From: Penicillus capitatus
Taxonomy: Eukaryota; Plantae; Chlorophyta
Direction: 5' to 3'
Length of the DNA stretch: 64,000 bases
NCBI GenBank assembly: GCA_965649825.1
Contig: OZ287702.1
Coordinates: 672,786-736,785, forward strand
Shown here: in pieces, positions 35,470-47,287 of the stretch
How the letters are laid out: each line of letters begins with the position of its first letter
How positions within the stretch are numbered: position 1 is the first letter of the stretch
Translations under genes and position numbers: made by a program
Notes under the pieces: model-generated
Databases searched by the model: none
Told to the model about the DNA's origin: nothing
Seen by the model: only the letters and a program-made list of their open reading frames with translations

Positions 35470-36205
35470 TGGTTAAGGAGATACAGTCACTGTCAGACGC
35501 CGAGATTGGACTGCCGCATGCAAGTATGTTTGCCTTTCGTTCCATATCACACGAGACTCGACCGACGTGTGCATACCGACACTTGGCCTATCGAAAGAAG
35601 AAACGCATCATCATGTATTCCTCAATCCGCTTGGCGAGTTGCTGTTCTTGTCGACCTCTGTTCACATCTCGCTCACTCCTCCCTATCGTCACATGGATGA
35701 TCACAAAGCAATTCCGAGTGGACGTCTCTTGTATAATTACCGACCGACCTTGGAACTGTCGACCATCCTTTTTGAACACGAGACTCTTTTCAGCATTCGT
35801 CGATGAGCACTTCCTATGGCAAGGATCCGCATCAGCTCCTCGCAGCATCGTCATCGATCAAACGAACCAATAACATCTTAGGTTATGTCAGTATACGATA
35901 AAGCTACAATGTATGCTGTCCTCTGTCGACCATGCTTCTCGTTACATCGAGAAATTAGTATAACTGCTGCTCCAAATAAGAAACACGCATCCAGGTGACC
36001 TCTTCGGCTTTTCGACAGGTAATAGGTTTGATACGTGGAACAGACTCCAAACGATTTTGCTTCTCGTGCATTGGAGACGCCATCGAGTAGAGAGAGGGTT
36101 CTTGATCACCATTGGGTCATTTATGAGAGATGTGTGCTCTCGTACGAAGCTTTAAATGCCCATGGGTTCGCAAATGATGTTATCATTGCAGCGCCTCCTT
36201 GTTTG

Positions 36206-37027
36206 ATGCATCGGCTTTTTTTGGGCGTTGCCGCGCGACCTGTCGTCACCTGTGGTCGACAGCTCTGCGCGTTTCGTAATTCCACGTCGGCATCACAAGG
36301 GGTGTGGCAACACGAACACAAAACGAGAATAGAGTTGGCTCACCTCGAACCATGGCAACAGAATGCGCTCGAAAAGAGGTTTCTGTGTAACCGCAAAGAG
36401 CTCGGGGTTACCGTCTATCCTCGTTTGAGCTTCACTATTGTCATTGCCCTCAGGTTATTCAGCTGTCTCGAGAACTCGGCCTCCCAAGACGGGTTATCCT
36501 TCTCTGGCTCAGAGAAATGCGAAATATGCGATCAGAGTAAACGCTCTCTTTCAACCCGCCGTGACAAGCCTTGATCGTAGCGTCCGCGAATCGATTCTAT
36601 CGGCGCATAAGCAGAGCCAAGAGGCCGATCAAAAACTCAAAAATCATGTGGATGAGGTGCGCCGAAAGAAGAAGCAAAGACAGAAAGCGCGCGCCCCGCC
36701 AGATATCCTCGGATCAGATTCAGGCACCACTTCAGCGTCATAACCTTTGGCAAGATTTTGATGAATGACAGAAGTGGAGTCGCCGCCTCCGCCACCGCCC
36801 TTAACTCGGATGCAGACCGAAGGGCTCGAAAAACTCTGGCTCTCGACGACGCGGCCTTCGACAGAAGAAATACGGTGCGACTGCCAATCTATACCGTCCT
36901 TGCTGAGTTGTTGGTGTCCAGGAGTCTGCAGCAGATATATAACGTGCCAAAAAGACGTGCCATCGAGTGGTTTGTCGAAAAAAGAGAACGAAATAGCCGA
37001 AAAAAGAAACACCGAAATAAACCATAA
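36206..37027 (+). CDS. OCP3-like protein with C-terminal homeodomain, multi-exon (middle junctions uncertain)
   Basis: Spliced LTRMQTEGLEKLWLSTTRPSTEEIR/SLQQIYNVPKRRAIEWFVEKR resembles the plant OCP3 homeodomain; upstream LEPWQQNALEK and LSRELGLPRRVILLWL resemble its N-terminal helical region; transit-peptide-like start. Confidence 0.6.
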
Positions 37028-37499
37028 GGATATCGGCGCAAGTGCAAATCCGACGTTGTATGGTTCTTGCAGCGGCATTCAGATGACCGTTGTTGGCCAA
37101 TGTGTTTTCGACATTGTGCCGAAAATTATCATATCTCTGGAGATCCGAGGAAAACTTGCAATGACATCCACGACGAAATGTAAGAGATCGATTTTTTGGT
37201 GCAGCAACGACTGTCGAGAAGTGGAAGACATCCGAATTCGACGACGAGTTTGGGTGCCGTTGAACGCACATCGTATGTCGCAGCAATACCATTAACAGGA
37301 GAAGCTTGAGACGAAGCGATAAACACGATGCGCGATAGATATCGATCAGATCTCGAAAGAGGCGGCCTGATGGACAGCAAGAATAGAATCGCCTTCGTCG
37401 AATGCGTCCATTTCATCACTTCGCCGAGCTCTGATCTGACGGATGTGACAAAGAAAGCGAAAAGCAGAGAGAATCGCAATGGATGCACGATCTTCACGA

Positions 37500-37855
37500 T
37501 CTTCGACGAGATGGTCAAAACTCCTGTCGATGTCGCATGCGAAAGGCAAGACTACCATAGCGCATTGACTGTTCGCGTTGAGGGATTTTGCTGATCCATG
37601 TGGATGAACCATGCAGAGAAAGGCGCATGGCAAATCGAGGATGTACTGAGTGGGAAGCGTCACTCGGACGTCGTCGTCATTTGAGTTGACGCCGCGCACC
37701 GCATTGCTGACGGTGAGGATGAATCTCAGGAATTCGTGAGCCGAAGATGCTATTCGCTAGCGTTCGGCGTCACATGCATTCACAACAACGACTTCCCGCA
37801 CCGACAACGTAAAGACGTCGTCGGCACGTCAGTAAGGCAGGCGCTCATTCTACAT
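37500..37855 (-). pseudogene. Decayed duplicate of the PTPA 5' region
   Basis: ATG TAG AAT GAG CGC versus PTPA ATG AAG AAT GAA CGC; SSAHEFLRFILTVSNAVRGV vs SSAREFLGFILALGESVRGV; WISKIPQREQSMRYG vs WIDEIPPHEQTMRYG; frameshift and deletion. Confidence 0.8.
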
Positions 37856-37926
37856 TCCGCGCGTTTGCATAAATGACATTAAAGAGAGGATCAGTGTTGA
37901 GCGTGAGGTCGAAATCTCACAGCGAC

Positions 37927-39097
37927 TCAGGGTTCGCCGAAAGGACGTCCGAGTTCTCGAAGCGTGTTCTGGCGCATCTCGTCGTAGTTCTTTGCATCGG
38001 TGAACGGGGAGAGAAGATTATGCCATCTGGCATCGATTGCATCGGACATCTCTTGTGTGAGGTGAATCTTTCCTTCACCGACATTCCCGTTTCTGATCTT
38101 TGGCGTTGTACTCGTGGCATTTTCAGGATCCAATCCAGCAGCAGCATTTCTCATTCGTTTCAACGGCAGATCGTGGAACTTCGATGCATGCTTCTTCATG
38201 AAATCGAAACTGGCCTGTCGAACAGTAAAGTGAGTGAGTAATTCTGTAAGGTCGAAAGATAATTGACGACCTGGTGCTCGACGAGATCGAGGAGATCGGA
38301 ATCACCGACACCGATGTTCACAAAGTCCGATATGAGATCGATGCATTTCCTGAGATCTTGTTTCAGATCTTCGAAATGCAGCCACAGGACATTCGGATCT
38401 TTACGGTGCGGATACCAAGACGCTACAGCTCAAGACTTATTCAAAGGCGTGATTCGACTGAGTTGATCTTACCTTGGTGTCTTAACTGCATTCCTGCAAA
38501 GAATCTGTACTTTTCAGGTACTTCACTGGCTGCAAAGTAATCCACGAACTCATTAAGGTCCATTTCGTCCGAGTTGAAGAACCAGTCACGGAGGTGCCAG
38601 TAACCAGAAATGGCAGCATCTTTGGGGTTTCTAAACAAACCTCTATATTTTTATAGTGTGATCTGGGCAGATGTGTACGAACCGGGTAACGACGATGTAT
38701 TTGGAAAATCCCTTGGGGCAGTCTTCGTATGTGAGATGCGTCTTGTACATGTTTGGCTGGAAGGGTTGCGGTGCGTCGATGTGTGCTCCATGGGGACTGA
38801 ATTCAAGGTTTGCGATGACTTCGTCGATCTCCTCGAAACTCATGTCACCGCCTGAGCGCAGTCCATGGAGAATCTGCCGTGGCATTTCAATTCGTGCTCT
38901 GTCTAGAAATTGGATCTGCGTACCTGTTGGACCCACGTGGTTCCACACTTATAACCGGAGGCGATGCAGACCTCCCCTGGATTCGGTCGATAGTTCAACG
39001 CGGCAAGGCCGCGTTCGGGATGGCTCAGTTTTGCAATGCCCATGAGGACACGGTCAAATACATCTCCAACTTCTGAGTGTGTTCGAACGGTTGTCAT
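37927..39097 (-). CDS. Cytosolic-type sulfotransferase, paralog 2
   Basis: KCGTTW, KTHL, RNPKDAAIS, WLHFEDLK, RNGNVGEGK; same exon layout as paralog 1. Confidence 0.9.
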
Positions 39098-42044
39098 GCT
39101 TGTCGTTTCTTCTCAGGGCTGTGCTTCGTGGTGTCGTCGACTGGACCACGGATGAACGGACGTTGCAAGTTTTGAGTCAAGCAACGTCGTATATTCGAAG
39201 CAAAAAACGAAACGTTAAAGCAGCTGTAACAGGGGGCGTGAAATCTCAACTCTTCCAAGAACGTACACGTCTGTGCCGCGCATTAGCGTGATTTGGTGCT
39301 GTCATCATAGCGATTTCTACTGCTATCTTTAGCGTCGGCCACGTAGGTTAAATATGATTCAGTCTGCGAAACCGTTCTCCCTTCATCTGATCAGTTTGAG
39401 TATGGATTTTTTACAAAGCGAGTTCATCGAACCGCGGAACCTGCCTTTGGTCTGAATGAATGTTGGTAGGGATCATGATATGTCTCAACGTCTTCTCTTG
39501 ATCGAAGAGAATTCGATCTCCGTTAGACAGTTCATTTCCTATTGCATTTGGTGTACTTTCGTTTTGACCTTCTTGTCTTTCGTCTTTCAGATCAGGCATG
39601 GCGTGTGTCTTGAAGGTTGCATCCCGCCCATGGAAGCATCTACGGGCCAAGAATCTCGCTAATGTTTTCGTGTTTGCATCCTACATTAGGTTTTCCATTA
39701 TAAACTGCACATAGAAGTTGAGAAACCGCGTCTCGAAGCACAGACGAAACGCTACTCTCGCAAATATTGAAAAAACGTTGATCTAGTTCGATGATCAATA
39801 AAACAACTCTTAATTGTTTAAGTAAAAAAGAACACGGATACCGCAGATGAATTCATATACAATAACCATTCGGTAACAGCTCGCACACGTGGCATGTTGG
39901 CTAGGATATTGACTGGCAGACCACTGTGCGTGCAAGGGGCGAATTCCGTAGGCTAGTTCCAACTACAAATCAAAAAGGGAAAGGTTCAGATAACAAATTA
40001 CGATAAAAGTCAAACACAATGACGGAATAGGCCGACTATTGCAATTGCCGATCGACTGGCCGCGACAATATAGTCCTTTCTAGAATGATCTGGAGGACAC
40101 TCAGCCCGCTTGGAAGTCGTATTAAAATCCAGGAATGTGAACTTCTATTATATTGTGTATTGTGCGCCTTGTCTCTGCGATCGTTTGTATTTATCACCAG
40201 TGCTGTCACAACAAGACTGTCAGAAGCCGTTCTGATGTGATCGAAGTAGGATTTCGTAGTTCGGTTCAATTTTTCAAGCGCATTTGACATCACATTCTCG
40301 AAGGAAAGTAAGCCAAGGACGCTAAAAGTGAAGCCCGTCGTCATGAGCCATTCGCGCAGAGCTTTCTCCGAGAAAGAGCGAAAAAAGAAATGCCCTGTCG
40401 TTCACTGCATGTTCATGAGCCACAAACGTTTAAACACAAATGTTGAATAAGAAGACTACCAAACGACTTCGTGATTGCATCAAAGTATCGATTAACTTTA
40501 AGCAGTTCATTCAAGAACTTGGACACAACATTCCAACCAGACTTGAAAGGGCAAATAGGTCACGACCAACTCACAAAATCGAAAACCCCTCATCCCTTGT
40601 CAAAAAATATCTTTCCCGCCTAAAGCAAATGCATGATAACGAAATCTATGCATCTTCTCCTCCGAAGTAAGTCATTTGAATAGAGAGACTTGATTCTCAT
40701 TACTGTACTGATACGCGTAAAACGTACGGGCGTTGCAAGAGACTGCAGTATAGACTTTTCGCAGATCGTAACGAACTTTGCTTTTAACAATAAATCGACT
40801 GTCTGTTCGTACCCCTCATTTTATACGTGAGATTGAGCATGACGTTATATGCTTTCGTCATGTTTCTCAGCATGTCTTCATCTTCGGTCTGGCTTCTCCT
40901 CCTCTGTCCTTCGGAGGGCATGACAGTACTCAATACCAAAGATGAATCAATATCAGGCAAACGTAATAATTGAAGAATTCGAAAGAAGACCTAGATGGTG
41001 CGTTAGTTACTCGTATTTGCCAAGAATACAAACGTCATGTCAGTCCACCGAACAAGAAAATAATTTCGTTTAGGAAATTTTCGCCAGTCCATGGATGTTT
41101 GTTAATTAATTTGTCATGCATGAACTTCTCGACGGCGATTTTACCTTACGTGCGTTCTGGACCTACGGGCACATGAAGTGAAGAAAGCACTTTCAATAGC
41201 CAGTTTCAGCTTAAGCAACAATCTGACCATACGCTAGACATGACGACACGCTTCGCAGTGTTTTGAAAGGGGCGATCTAAGCTGTCATGTGTCCCTAATT
41301 CATTCGAGAACGACATAAGCGATGCAAGGACCGTCATCTATTAAAAAAGTGCACGCCGGCGTCCGCAAAATCTTAGGTAACTATTTCACGGAATTGGGAT
41401 TCTTTCTGGCTGCTCACCCCGCTGTGCTATTAAGAGAAAAACTCGAGTTTACGTTGCAGCCGATCCTTCTCAGTAGAGGCTCGTTGGAATGCAAGAAAAT
41501 TCGAGAGTAGCTGGTAATTGGTTCTATGCCGTTCGTTCGTTGCTTTTAATGTTTAGGTTGCGCGCTTGTGCAATGGCTGCTGGTGGCGCGACGAAACCTT
41601 TTTATCGTCGAAGCGAGATCGATTCATTCATATTTTTAGCAAACTTTCCTCCGCTGAATTGCGATCAGATTACGCAAATGGATGTACAACAGGACACTGG
41701 ACATATGCGGTTGCAAAAGAAATCTGGTGAACCATTATCGACTACCATTGAGAAGCGAACTAATATCCCGCTAACGTGCGCGCCGCTTTTTAATTTAGCG
41801 AGCACCAGTTTCATACAGTACTTGGTCGTTTAATTTACACATCCGCTAAAAAATCAACAAATGCGCCATTACGCACGTCCAAATGTCTGCGTAAAGTTTG
41901 CTGCTTATTGTATTACGGTTTATTTGACAATTAACACGCTTTGTTTGCGTTCTGAATTTACGACGAAGCTAACCACGTTCCGTGTTGGCGGTCGTCACCT
42001 ATCCGACAAAGAAACAAAACGAAACGTCGTTGCATTCAGCGAAA

Positions 42045-43225
42045 ATGGCATCCTCCCGGAAGTATACGAAAGTTCCAGACGTCGTCGCTCGTACCTTCAA
42101 AGTCTTCGGAAACATTAGCACTCCAGAACGTCTCAGAGCAGTCTTCAACTATCGGCCAAACCCCGGAGAAATCTGCATCGCAACCGGTGTCAAGTCTGGA
42201 ACCACTTGGGTCCAACAGGCACATGCGTTAATTATACCTCTTAGCAGCATTAATTGATCCACGGCAGATTCTCCATGGACTGCGCTCAGGCGGCGATATG
42301 TCTTTCGAGGAGATCGACGATGTTGTTCTCACTCTCGAATACAGTCCGTACGGACCAAAAATTGACACGCCGCAGCCTTATCAGCCAAACATGTACAAGA
42401 CGCACCTCACATACGAAGATTGTCCCAAAGGATTTGACAAATACATCGTCGTCACCCGGTAAGCATATACAACAGCTCTTTCCGCATCTTAACAAATTTC
42501 CGGCTCTAGTGACCCCAAGGACTCTACGGTTTCCAACTATAAATACCTCTGTAACTGGTTATTCACCTCGGAGGAAATGGGTCTCAACAAGTTCGTGGAT
42601 TACTTTGTGGCTAGTGAGATACCTGAAAAGTACAATGAGTTTGCAGCACTGCAACTGAGACACCAAGGCGAGAAAGATCTAATCCGATCACACTTTCTTA
42701 TCAGAATTGAGCTGTAGCGTCTTGGTATCCGCACCGCAATGATCCGAATGTCTTGTGGTTGCATTTCGAAGATCTGAAACAAGATCTCAGGAAATGCATC
42801 GAGCTCATATCGGACTTCGTGAACATCGGTGTCAATGATTCCAATCTCCTCGATCTCGTCGAGCACCAGGTCGTCGTCAATTACACGTTAGCCTTACAGA
42901 ATCACTCACTCGCTTTATTGTTCGCCAGGCCAGTTTCGATTTCATGAAGAAGCACACGTCGAAGTTCAGCGATCAAACGCTGAAGCGATTAAGAAACCAT
43001 GCTGTGGGATTGGATCCGAATGCAGGCACGACTTCCGCGCCGAAGGTCCGAAACGGCAACGTCGGCGAATGGAAGCTTCATCTCACACAAGAGATGGCGG
43101 ATGCGGTCGATGCCAGATGGCAGAAGCTCTTCGCTCCACTCACCGATGCAAAGAGCTACGAAGAGATGCGCCAGAACATTCTTCGGGAGCTCGACCGTCC
43201 GTTCCTCGGCTCTTCATCTTTATGA
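42045..43225 (+). CDS. Cytosolic-type sulfotransferase, paralog 3
   Basis: KSGTTW, KTHL, PKDSTVS, WLHFEDLK, RNGNVGEWK. Confidence 0.9.
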
Positions 43226-44028
43226 AATTGGATGACGCATGCGCCGCTCTTCATGTGACTTCTATTTGTATGTGATCCAGAGCCACGCTGCGGCCTTCAT
43301 TAGTGAACACAATAAAGACTAAGGATCGGTATCGGTGTCCTTCTGCGATCGAGATCAGTCGACTGCAGAAACGCGCGGACCGAAACGTGTTTCCTTTCCG
43401 TTTTCCACTGGCAATTTTGCCAAATTTGTAAGATAATCTGGCGGCAACGGAAATGCGTTTCTCGCCTCAGACCAACGGCGAGCTTAATTGGAGGATGTAT
43501 GTAATACAGAAAACTGCAGTTCGATTCTAGCATTCTCATCCATAAATGGACTGTTCACAATGCGTTCGACAGCGATACACTCGAGGATGCCCAACGAAAA
43601 GGTTCTGCTGATTGGCGAACGACAAGGTTCAGAGAATTCGTCGAGATTACGCAGGTGTTCGTGCAACAGGACGCTGGACATGTGCGATCGGAAGAGAAAC
43701 TTGGTGAACCATTATCCACTACCGTTATTCAAGCGAAACAACATTCCGGAAAAGTGTGCACAGGCTTTTAGTCTAAGAAGCACAAACTTTACAAAGCAGT
43801 GCATTGGTGTTTAATTTACAAATCCACTGAAAAATCATAACAAATGCGCCATTACGAACGTCCCAATGTCTGCGTGAAGTTTGTTGCTTGTTGTATTGCG
43901 TACGGTTTTCGACTTTGCATGCGCTGCCGCGTGTGCGCATTCACGACGAAACACATCACTAACCGTGTTGTCGTCTGTCATCTATTCGACAACGCAGCCA
44001 AAACACATCTTCGTAACATACAGTGAGA

Positions 44029-45205
44029 ATGGCATCTGTCCGGAGATATACAGATGTTCCAGAAGTCGTCGATCGTGCTATAACTGCCTTCGGAAACCTC
44101 AGTACCCCAGAACGCTACAAAGCAGCTCTCAACTATAAACCAAACCCTGGAGAGATCTGCATCGCATCCGGCATCAAATCTGGAACCACATGGGTCCAAC
44201 AGGTACGCACCTTAAATCTCTGAGCTGAGCATTAAATAACAGTGAACCGGCAGATTGTCCATGGACTGCGCTCAGGCGGCGACATGAGTTTCGAAGAGAT
44301 CGACGATGTTGTTATTAACCTCGAAAAAAGTCCATACGGCGTAGACATTGGCGCACCACAACCCTTTCAGCCAAACGTCTTCAAGTCGCATCTTCCCTAT
44401 GAAGTCTGTCCTAAAGGATTTGACAAGTACATCGTCGTCACTCGGTTAGCATAAGCCCTTTCTGCATCTTTTTGAAGTTCTGTTTCTAGCGAACCCAAAG
44501 ACTCTGCGGTTTCCACTTACAAATACCTCTGTAACTGGTTCTTCACCTCAGAGGAAATTGACCTGAACGAGTTCGTCGAATACTTTGTTGCTAGTGAGAT
44601 TCCTGAAAAGTACAATGAGTTTGCAGCAATACAACTAAGACATCAAGGCGAGATAGATTTAATCGGGTCATGCTACTTTCTTATCAGAATTGAGCTGTAG
44701 CGTCTTGGTATCCGCACCGCAAAGATCCAAATGTCTTGTGGCTGCACTATGAAGATCTGAAAGAAGATCTCAGGAGATGCGTCGAGCTCATATCGGACTT
44801 TGTGAACATCGGCGCCGGGGATGCCAATCTCCTCGATCTCGTCGAGCACCAGGTCGTCAATTACACGTTAGCCTTACAGAATCACTCACTCACTTTACTG
44901 CTCGCCAGGCCAGTTTCGATTTTATGAAGAAGCATGAATCGAAATTTCGTGGAAAAACGTTGAAACAAATGAGAAACGCTGCTGCTGGATTGGATCCTAA
45001 CGCTGTCACGAGCACGACGGCAAAGGTCCGAAACGGCAACATTGGTGAATGGAAGCTTCATCTCGCACAAGAGATGGCGGATGCGGTCGATGCTCGATGG
45101 CAGAAGCTCTTCGCTCCACTCACTGATGCAAAGAGCTACGAAGAGATGCGTCAGAACACCCTTCGGGAGCTCGGACGTTCTTTTGGCAAATCTGAGTCAG
45201 CATGA
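44029..45205 (+). CDS. Cytosolic-type sulfotransferase, paralog 4
   Basis: KSGTTW, KSHL, PKDSAVS, WLHYEDLK, RNGNIGEWK. Confidence 0.9.
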
Positions 45206-45640
45206 AACTCGGATGCTATAGGCGCTATTTCCCCACATGAAATGTTTTCCATGCGATTCAGCCCCACGCCGGTGGCTTTCATTCAGAAACAGATTTGGAG
45301 ATGAACGATCTGTGTTATCGTATTTTGGTTATTGAGATCAGTCGACTACAGAAACGCGTGGAGTGAAGAATGAAAGTGTTACTGGATTGCTGACGACCTC
45401 TCTGCGTCACTCCTCGATTGGCAGCCGACGTATCATATCCCACGGTCCTCTCTATGTCCGTCACTCTTTTGCCATGCGGCAGGTAAAGCAGATCCTGGCG
45501 GATCCTGTAATGCCGACGACTATCGTGAACAGGCGTGTCCGTGTCTTCTCAGAGTCTCCGACATGACGGATGCGACATATCGAAAAGAAAAGCTCGACCG
45601 ACAGCTGTGGCAACTCTTCTGCATTTCAGTCCAGGCAAAA

Positions 45641-46105
45641 ATGAACCAAAGACGTCAGTACGTTCCGCTGAGCATCGACGATCCTAGCGAACTCGTAAGC
45701 CTCATTTCTGCTGCACAGTCGTCAGATACGGTGTCAGCAGACGCCGTTTCAGCGAGCCTTCAATGAAGAAAGCGCTGCCATCTGCAAATCTGTCTGCCTC
45801 GCCCTGTCACTCTTGCTGCTGGGAGTGACGTTCTTCGTTTTCAGTCTGCTCCACGCCGTAGGACACTTCGTCGACGCAACCGGCGCGGTGAGAGTACACC
45901 ACACGCATCTCTTTGTCGATATCAGACTTCCAGGGATGGGGTTTCTTTGTCCTTGGTCTCCTGACGTTTACTCCAGGTCGAGAGAACCTCTACATAGAGT
46001 AAGAATGACGCGTTTCTGTCTACAGGCTTCTATCACTCGAGAATTGCGTACTACGCATGGAGAGGTTACAGAGGATATTCACTGAGGTCACTGCCGACCT
46101 TCTGA
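45641..46105 (+). CDS. TMEM230: TMEM230/TMEM134-family small membrane protein, multi-exon
   Basis: Spliced product GWGFFVLGLLTFTPG/FYHSRIAYYAWRGYRGYSLRSLPTF* after a first TM helix. Confidence 0.85.
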
Positions 46106-46130
46106 GGAGAGTGACTGTATACACCAAACA

Positions 46131-47201
46131 TCAGTTAGATGTCTCTTTGTATCGTTTTCGGACACTTTTGCGCGATTTCTTATCAAATATGGAAGACTTC
46201 AGAATCTCCTTCCTCACCGTGCGATGCGATTTTTGAGCAATGCGTCCAAAGGGAATCTTTTTCGAAGCAGTAATGTCTTCGGCGTTTTCAGGCAAGAGAC
46301 GGACGTGTTCAGGTAATCCCAGAGCTTTGCGCCTGAACCCAAGTACCACTTCGTTATCACAGGAGAGTAATCTCAGCGCACTTCTGTTTTCGAGCTTTCT
46401 CATCTCTTCGCTCAGGACGGAGCTTGTCTCGCATGAATCGATTCAGCTTCGCATCATTTTTGGCAAAGAAATCACAGTCCTCTTTCAATGCTGCCAATCT
46501 CTGATGCTCTGCATGGGCTTTCCGTTTGTTCAGTTCTTTTCTTTCAAAAGACGACAGTACATCCAAAGATTCCCCGTCGTGCTTTCCCAGATCGATCACC
46601 TGAGCATCCTCTGCGGAATAGTTCTCCACCTGCAACCGCCTATCTTTGCACTCTTATCAGATTGAACTCAGAAATGGTCACTTTGCGCCGGATGCCTTCA
46701 ACAATGCGATATTCTGTTTTGCGTGGATCTGTGTGGATCTCGATTTTGCATCCACAGTGATGACGCATCACAAAGGACCAAATCTTGGTCGAGTGATACA
46801 TACCCACATGTCTCTTCTCTGCGTTAAATCTCACACCTGTCACGTCAGCATCACACTTCATAATTGACAGTTCAATGAATGTCAAAGTGAAAAGACCTTT
46901 GCCAATCATGTCACCACATTGTGTGCACCAGACATTAAATGGCATCTCAAATCTGCTCACACATCCATTCCGTCACTCCTCCGTCGCCTTGTGCCGTACC
47001 GTATGATAAGAACGCCTTCCGTTTTGAGCCTCTTGGCCCGAACGCCCAACGCATGGGTGCCATGAAACTGAGCCGAAACTCGAGTCGGGCAGGTGACAAT
47101 TCTCCCTTGACTGTATGTACCTTATCGAGGTTGCCTTTCGATGGGTCCCATTCCGGAGGATAGTAAAAGTTATCTGCCTTCGCGGCTGCAAGCGAACTCA
47201 T
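46131..47201 (-). CDS. YJU2B: Splicing factor YJU2B/CCDC130 (CWC16 family), multi-exon
   Basis: MSSLAAAKADNFYYPPEWDP, RFEMPFNVWCTQCGDMIGKG/VRFNAEK, KIEIHTDPRKTEY. Confidence 0.92.
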
Positions 47202-47287
47202 CGTTCGAACGACTAATCGCTATTCGAACGCACTTAACGCGATTACACTTTAATGGTTTCATCTGTCAAAACGTCTGTCACCGCAAA

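Larger units (their letters stand above)
41665..45359. repeat. Tandem duplication, unit offset about 1.98 kb (41665-43377 and 43643-45359), each carrying one sulfotransferase plus flanks
   Basis: Shared non-coding blocks aaatgcgccattacg.acgtcc.aatgtctgcgt.aagtttg (41860, 43843) and gagatcagtcgact.cagaaacgcg (about 43353, 45335); ATGs at 42045 and 44029. Confidence 0.85.

Noticed and set aside
39300-41600. Short ORFs in the AT-richer spacer between SULT2 and SULT3
   Set aside because: No recognisable domain, terminal repeats or RNA gene signature.
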